NCBI GenBank assembly: GCA_951406725.2
Contig: OX597822.1
Span: forward strand, 10,478,001 to 10,542,000
Reading direction: 5' to 3'
Length of the DNA: 64,000 nucleotides
From: Octopus vulgaris
Taxonomy: Eukaryota
The translations under genes were made by a program, and so were the position numbers. The notes below the pieces were generated by a model, which worked only from the letters and a program-made list of their open reading frames with translations, did not search any database and was not told the DNA's origin. Positions 55,386 through 64,000 of the stretch are shown here, in pieces. How positions within the stretch are numbered: position 1 is the first letter of the stretch; every line of letters starts with the position of its first letter.

Positions 55386-55754
55386 GACCTATATACATTA
55401 ACATATTGCAGAGTTTGATAATATCGAAATATCAAAATATGTTAAACAAGTATATATATGTATAAAATTGATGTATTATCCTTCAGAAAAAAATAATAAT
55501 AATATACAAAATATATATTTGTGTATGTTGGATCTATAAATACCATGGTAAGGAAATAGACTATACGTTACATGCGTATATTAATGGTTTCCTCAGACAA
55601 TAATTAATAATTAAGAATTGCTGTTAATGGAATTTGAATATTTAGATATTTCTTTACAAAATAGTCTCCACACAATCCTAGAGATAAATGTATGTATAAA
55701 TTTATACAGATATGTACGCACGTAGCCAAGTATGTGTGCGTATGTTTTTTAAAC

Positions 55755-55915
55755 TTTTTTATTTGTTATAGTCATTTGAGTGCAGCCATGCTGGAGCACA
55801 GCTTTAATGGGTTTTAGTGGAAGAAATCGATCCCAAGACTTATTCTGTGTAAGCCTAGTAATTACTCTATCGGTTCTTTATGCCAAACCGTTACGTTACG
55901 GAAACATAAACACAT
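55755..55915 (-). mobile_element. SINE family B tail fragment
   Basis: GTCATTTGAGTGCAGCCATGCTGGAGCAC... Confidence 0.75.
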
Positions 55916-55973
55916 ACACTACACATAAATACATACATATACATTATGTATATATATACATGTATATCGATAA

Positions 55974-56026
<53 letters not shown>

Positions 56027-56060
56027 TATGTATGTATGTATATATAAAAATATATATATT

Positions 56061-56123
<63 letters not shown>

Positions 56124-56380
56124 CATATATATGTCCAATAGACCATATATATATATATATATATATATACATGCACACACACAAAGATACATGATCTATA
56201 TACGCACACATATACACACACAACTGATGTACACCCAACAAATACTAAAGTCTATTAATATATAGTGTGTATATATTCTGCTACATCCGCTTATGTTTGT
56301 GTAAACACACACACACACACGCGCGCGCACAAACACACACGCGCGCGCACACACATACACTTATATATATTATGTGTATA

Positions 56381-56427
<47 letters not shown>

Positions 56428-56440
56428 GTATATATACATA

Positions 56441-56735
56441 GTGGAGGGCAGCGGACTCGCGGTCGTAGGATCGCGGTTTCGATTCCCAGACCGGGCGTTG
56501 TGAGTGTTTATTGAGCGAAAACACCTAAAGCTCCACGAGGCTCCGGCAGGGTGGTGGTGGCGGGCCCTGCTGTACTCTTTCACCACAACTTTCTCTCACT
56601 CTTTCTTCTGTTGGCCTGCTCGCTTAGCCAGCGGGGTGGCGTCATTTGAAGGCTAAAACAATGCGAAGCGCATTGTGACCAGCGATGTGTAGCAACATCT
56701 GATAGTCTAGCCGATCACATGATGATGATGATGAT
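56441..56735 (+). mobile_element. SINE family C, tail variant 2, A box deleted
   Basis: GTGGAGGGCAGCGGACTCGCGG...GGTTTCGATTCCC; ends in (GAT)n. Confidence 0.82.
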
Positions 56736-56736
56736 G

Positions 56737-56775
<39 letters not shown>

Positions 56776-56796
56776 AGTATATATGTATATGTATAC

Positions 56797-56838
<42 letters not shown>

Positions 56839-57717
56839 ATGTGTGTGTGTGTGTATGTATAACATATATATATAGAGAGAGCTATGGCACGTTATTAAAT
56901 TGTCATGTATAATATATGTGTGTGTGTGTCTTTATTGACTGCTTCAAGAAGCCTGCGTTAGTTGCCGCTGTTGTCCATAACCAGTTCTATAGATTTAATA
57001 CCAGTAATACCCTGATCGGAATTCAAACGCATTTGTCACTTCCTTGCGATTATGTAGCCTTGCATGTTTCTTAGAAATCATATTGAATAATACATGAAAT
57101 TCATATTGTGAAACGCACATAGGGTTTCTGGTGTGTGCTGAGCCCTCATCTCTTGACAGGGTCGAATAGGTGAACGCGTAACATATGAAATGTTCTAGAT
57201 TTTATAGCTTGTGACGCCCGTTCGTTCTTCTCCGTAAGCGCTACCGTTTTCTCTAAGAAATGGTGAGAGAGACGGCCAGAAAGAGATGAGTGAAAGAGAT
57301 AATGTCAGGAAGGGCAAAGTATCATGTAATAAACAGGTAATCTATTGACCCAACAATTATAAAATTTCAACTTAGCCACGGTCAGATTTGAACTGCAAAC
57401 ACACAGAATATTGATAATAAGAACCAAATGACTTTTATCCGCCGCTGTACGGTTCTTCCAATTCGCAATATATAAGTTTACATTGGAACGTGAGAGGCGT
57501 TAGGAAATATTCTTATAAAATATTAAAAAAATGAATCTAAAAACCATAAAATAGTTTTAGCTCCTACAACTTTGATAGTATGGTGGTTACAATGGTCAAT
57601 GTTTAGTGCATTCATTTTAGTTTTACTTCGAATATCTATGGCACATAAATTCGTATTGAGTATTTCTCGCGATTTCAGTTAGTAGCCTTCCAGCAGTGAT
57701 GTGCTATATATATATAT

Positions 57718-57774
<57 letters not shown>

Positions 57775-58005
57775 TGTACGTATGTAAGTATTCATGTATG
57801 TATAGATAGATATATAGATATAAATATATATGTATATATATATATAAATACACATATATGTATACAAACATATATATATATATGTATATATATATATACA
57901 CACATACATATATGTATATATATATATATATATATATACATACACACACACACACATATGTATATATATGTATATACATATATATATATACACACACACA
58001 TATAT

Positions 58006-58041
<36 letters not shown>

Positions 58042-58051
58042 GTATACATAC

Positions 58052-58109
<58 letters not shown>

Positions 58110-58470
58110 ATGTATGTATGTATGTATATGTATATGTATATATAGACGGAGCCAGCTTGAGCATAATCCTATGAACCAATAAAAGGAAAAAAAGAGTCAC
58201 TTACTGTAACGTGTGTTTTTTGCATCACGTTATTACCCAAGGTTACCGTGGTCTTTTCCGTGGGCTTTTCTTTCCATGGATAAACCTAATCTGCTTTCTC
58301 TTTTTACATGACATTTCTGTGACACACGATACCTATTGATCGCCCCTTTTTTTTTATGATCCCTTTTGATCGAAATTCGACCCACTTTTTTTCTCTTCTT
58401 TTTCCCCAAAACAAAAGCTCTACTTTGTATTTTGTCCCCTCTGTGTTTAGCCCTGTGTGGCCAATAAAGA

Positions 58471-58556
<86 letters not shown>

Positions 58557-59289
58557 GTTTGCACAGATACAGACATACAGGTAGACACACTCATACACAC
58601 GCATATAAACATAGATAAATAGATAGACAGAAAGATAGATAGATAGATAGATACAGACAGACAGAGAGAAAGACAGAAAGAAGAGACTGAGGGACAGAGA
58701 TCAACAGTTTGAACTAGGCATCTGGACAAATATATGAGGACTGAATTCTTCAGGAATCAGGTGAGAATATACTATATTTTGCGTCTTCATATCTATATTA
58801 GTAATCCAGCTAGAGATGGTACCGCTTTACGGTTGTCGGTGTGCTAAAAACAGCAGCAAAACCTTTCTCCAAATTACAAATTATCCCAAAGAATGATACA
58901 TTAGCTAATGGAATTCCAAAGACCCCATTTCGAAATAAAAGACATGATGGACTCATTTACTTTTCATTATGTATCTCTTCAATCATAGCAGAACTAAACA
59001 GCAGAATTATAGAAAATGTGAAAAAAATAAATAACGAAATTAAAAGTAACAAATATTATGTTTAATTGCCCAGTAAAACCAAGAATTAAATTTATATTGA
59101 TACTTCCATTTGCAGACGAGACCCAGTATATTTTATTGGTAATTATGAAATCTTTCGGATAATTTGTGTCAAAAATTATGGAATTTTTGCCACCCAAACT
59201 AAGGAAATGGTAATTAAATAAAATATAAGCGCACAGCAATGAATTAAACGGAAACATACATACATACATACATACATACATACATACAT

Positions 59290-59342
<53 letters not shown>

Positions 59343-59394
59343 TATACATACACATGCCTATCTATATTTTACACATACACATACACGCTTATAG

Positions 59395-59446
<52 letters not shown>

Positions 59447-59565
59447 TGCCATATATCACCTATTTATATACATACTTACATATATGCATGCATACGTATC
59501 GACGTATTATATATTTCAAATTTTCCTTCGTTCCTACATCTCTAGAGTACTGGTTTGGTCATGCA

Positions 59566-59664
<99 letters not shown>

Positions 59665-59777
59665 CATCCAAACATGCACACATATACATGCGCGCAAAAA
59701 CATTTGAATATTAATTTCACTAAACACTTTATCTATGGGTGTATGTATGTGTGCATTTAAGCATGTATGTATGTCTA

Positions 59778-59842
<65 letters not shown>

Positions 59843-59853
59843 TCTATATATAA

Positions 59854-59919
<66 letters not shown>

Positions 59920-60062
59920 GTTTGAATGTATACATCTATTTCCTAGGCCCAAGCGGAAGTAGTCATTGCAATTAAAAATTTTAATATTCGAGATATATTT
60001 ACGTGTATGTTTTTTGTGTGTGTATATGTATATGTGTGTGTATTTGTACGTACGTACGTACG

Positions 60063-60115
<53 letters not shown>

Positions 60116-60471
60116 TTGGTATTTCGTTTGCAAGAAAACTGAACCGGTGAGTGTTAAATAAAAAGAATGACTCTACCTCCAGAAACAACAAGAAATGTGT
60201 GAGTGTGTGTGTGTGAGTGTGTGTGTGTATGTGTGTGTACGCGCGCTTGTGTGTATGTATGTATAAAAATAAAATATTCTACAGTTTGCAATGATTTACA
60301 AACACGGTAAACTGTAATTGTCACTATATGCGACTAGGGTGTTAGAAACACCTACATTGCTAGAAAGAAGAGCACGTAATCGTATACATATGTACTGACA
60401 AGGACTATAATAGTCCGAAAATGCATATGCGCGCGCCTGTGTGTATGTGTGCGTATGTATGTATCTATCTT

Positions 60472-60539
<68 letters not shown>

Positions 60540-61039
60540 TATGTGCATGTATGTATGTATAGACGTATGTATGTATACCAACCAAATTACTATTATTGGC
60601 AGCGAGTTGGTGCCAATAACTAGATATACCTAAATATGTCGCGAAACATATACTCACACAAGAGATTCTGGAAATAACATAAAACACAACCGAAATGAAT
60701 AAAGAAAGTTGAATGAATGCAATGATTAAACGAATATAGTTGTAGCAGTTGACCATATATAGTAGCTCTATAGTAGCTCTATACCATATATAGTAAACAA
60801 TACCTCTATCGCAAATGTAGAATTACTATAAGTATTTTCAACAAAATTGTTATGAAGAAATAATAAGAAAAACGTAATTTTTGGATTATTTTATGAAAGT
60901 ATGTGATTATATTGTGTTTTATTATAAACGCTAAATTCACTCATCTTACAAACACTTAACAATGTCCGGATATATAAAGTATGTGCGTTCGAATGTATGT
61001 ATGTATGTATGTATTTTTGAATTTATATACATATATTCC

Positions 61040-61205
61040 AACGTATATATTTCCTCCGTCTTCATATTCTAATGGACTTTCCTCTATTTCTAAAGAAGAG
61101 CGCCGCTCGAAACGTTAAACCATCTGTCTTTCCTTTACATGTAACACGTCCCCGCGTTGTTGATTTTTTGTGCTTATTCTTCGTTTTTTTTTTCGACTTA
61201 CAATA
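61040..61205 (+). mobile_element. Family H1 HHR-bearing repeat, decayed
   Basis: TTT-CTAAAGA-A-GAGC-GCC-GCTC-GAAAC-GT-T-AAA at 61087-61119. Confidence 0.5.
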
Positions 61206-61556
61206 TATATATATTTATAAATACGCATGCGCATGCGTGTATGTACATGTATATTTAGGATATATATATATTTATATATATATATCTATATCTATATATA
61301 TATTTAGGATATATATATATATATATATATATCTATATATATAGGTTCATCTCAGTAGCGTTTTTATGTATGTATGTATATATGTATGTATGGATGTATG
61401 CATGCATGCATGTATGTATGTATGTATGTATGTATGTATGTATGCATGCATGTATATATCTATCTCTCTATCTGTCTGTCTATCTATATATCTGTCTATC
61501 TATTTATCCCGCTCTCCCTCTATCTATCTATCTATCTATGTATATATATAAATATT

Positions 61557-61597
<41 letters not shown>

Positions 61598-61835
61598 ATG
61601 TATGTTTGTGTGTCTGTGTCTGTGAGTGCGTGTGTGAGTGTGTTATGTATTTATATATGTGTGTGTGAGAGGAGATGTTTGTGTGTGTGTGTGTGTAAAG
61701 AGAGGGAGACAGAGAGACAGATGAAGTAAAATGAGAAAGAATGAGAGAGAGAGAGAGAGTTAGAGAGAGAGAAGAGCGACAGAGAAGGGGATATGCATGT
61801 ATATAAACATATATAGAATATTTAGTAAATGTCTG

Positions 61836-61896
<61 letters not shown>

Positions 61897-61951
61897 ACTA
61901 TATGTATTTATATGTATGTATATGTATGTGTGTATATGTATGTATGTACGC

Positions 61952-61992
<41 letters not shown>

Positions 61993-62169
61993 GAATTTAA
62001 CAATGTATATATAATCAAAGTGCACCCACTTTATTTGTTCCCCATAATCTTACTTCTAGGATATCAGTTGCCTGAATTGTTGTTCATAATTTTAATTCTT
62101 CGTTATAATTATTATCTATTAATCTATCTATCTATCTATTCATTCTTCTCTCTCGCTCTCTCTTTCTGT

Positions 62170-62228
<59 letters not shown>

Positions 62229-62283
62229 TATAATTATCATTAATATACTTTTTATTTCTATCATTATAATTATCATTATTATA

Positions 62284-62372
<89 letters not shown>

Positions 62373-62374
62373 AG

Positions 62375-62545
62375 TGGTGAGCTGGTAGAATCGTTAGTAT
62401 GCCTGGGGAAATGCTTAGGGGTATTTCCTGCCATTCATCCTTTCGGGTTCGATAGATTAAGTACCAGTTGCACACTAGGGTCTAGATAATTGATCTGCCT
62501 CCTCACCTAAATTTCAGGCCTTGTGCCTATAGTAGAAAGGGTTAT
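62375..62545 (+). mobile_element. SINE family A with internal deletion, tail type 3
   Basis: GGTGAGCTGGTAGAATCGTTAG head; AAATTTCAGGCCTTGTGCCTATAGTAGAAAGG tail. Confidence 0.8.
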
Positions 62546-62821
62546 TGTTATCATTATCATTATATTGACCGGGTCTTGCCTTGTGTTCTTGAGCAAAACA
62601 TTTTTCTTTCACGGGGTCACTGTTCACTTATATGTGAAAAATGCGTAATCAGTTGATGGGCAAGTGTTCTACCCGGGGTAGGGAATATATGTACCCCACA
62701 GAATGCGAGGAGAAACCACTCTTATCACACAATAGCTGAGAAAGAACCGTTTGGTATATATTTAATAGAACGTATCGATATATGTGTGTGTGTGTGTGTG
62801 TGTATGCATATATATATATAC

Positions 62822-62926
<105 letters not shown>

Positions 62927-63010
62927 ATATAAATATATATATATATATACATACGTGTATACATACATATATATCTATCTATCTATCTGTCTGTCTATCT
63001 ATCATATATC

Positions 63011-63075
<65 letters not shown>

Positions 63076-63079
63076 ATTA

Positions 63080-63100
63080 TATAGATAGATAGATAGATAT

Positions 63101-63175
<75 letters not shown>
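63080..63175. repeat. (GATA)n microsatellite
   Basis: Direct reading. Confidence 0.97.
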
Positions 63176-63704
63176 TGTATATATTATCTAGGTTAAACGT
63201 GAATACGTAAGGAGAGAATTGTAGATTTTCTTGTAGGATTGCATGTTACGTAATGTTATTCTTAAGATACATAAGCGTGTAACAGGTCCGTTTTTATTCA
63301 TAAGTTCCTTTATTTCTCATGAGAGGCAACTTAGAACATGTCACATAGATATTGTAGGTATCCCTGTTTCAGTTATGATAGCTTGGAGTTTTTATGAAAA
63401 CCACACACGCAAAGATATTTATGTATAGACGTTTATATGTGTATGTTTATGCGAGCCGGTGTGCGTGTGTATGTAAATATTGAATATAAATATGCATCCA
63501 TACACATACACAGACACACACACAGTTACTTATAATATATACGTATGTATATGTGTGTGAGTGTGTATGTGTGTTTCTGTATGCGTGTGTATACGTAGAT
63601 GTATTCTTCATATATGTGTATCTGTGTTGTGTGTGATTAGATATAAACGTGTATGTATGTAACTATATATGTATACACATATGTAGATATATATGAGAGT
63701 GTGT

Positions 63705-63781
<77 letters not shown>

Positions 63782-64000
63782 GTCCAATATAATTTTGGTG
63801 GAAAGTTTGTAGTATGAAATACGATGCTCGTCCACAGGTTTAATATATCATTTTGGCGAGGAAATTATCCTGTCTAATTCATTTCCCTGTATATGTATAG
63901 GAATGTACATATGTATGTATATATGTATGCTTGTGTATTACTGATTAAAAATTATCTGCACATACATATATGTATATACAAACATACATACATATATGCA

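Overview
AT-rich, microsatellite-saturated, repeat-dense eukaryotic DNA with no convincing host protein-coding gene. The tRNA-derived SINE families look like those of octopus (cephalopod) genomes; this is recognition from memory, not a database result. Nearly all listed ORFs are translated simple repeats. Identifiable content: dozens of copies of about 4 tRNA-derived SINE families with interchangeable 3' tails; decayed R4/Dong-type RLE non-LTR retrotransposons sitting in (CATA)n and (TAA)n arrays; a CR1-type LINE 3' end with an (ATT)n tail; a Charlie-type hAT deletion derivative; and a non-autonomous Helitron. The most notable signal is a set of short elements carrying minimal type I hammerhead ribozyme (HHR) motifs from several unrelated sequence families. 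Three times (20.2, 32.0 and 52.9 kb) they form head-to-head palindromes with a sense and an antisense ribozyme copy, resembling Penelope-like pLTR remnants or retrozyme-like elements. All folds and alignments were done by eye, and repeat boundaries are approximate.
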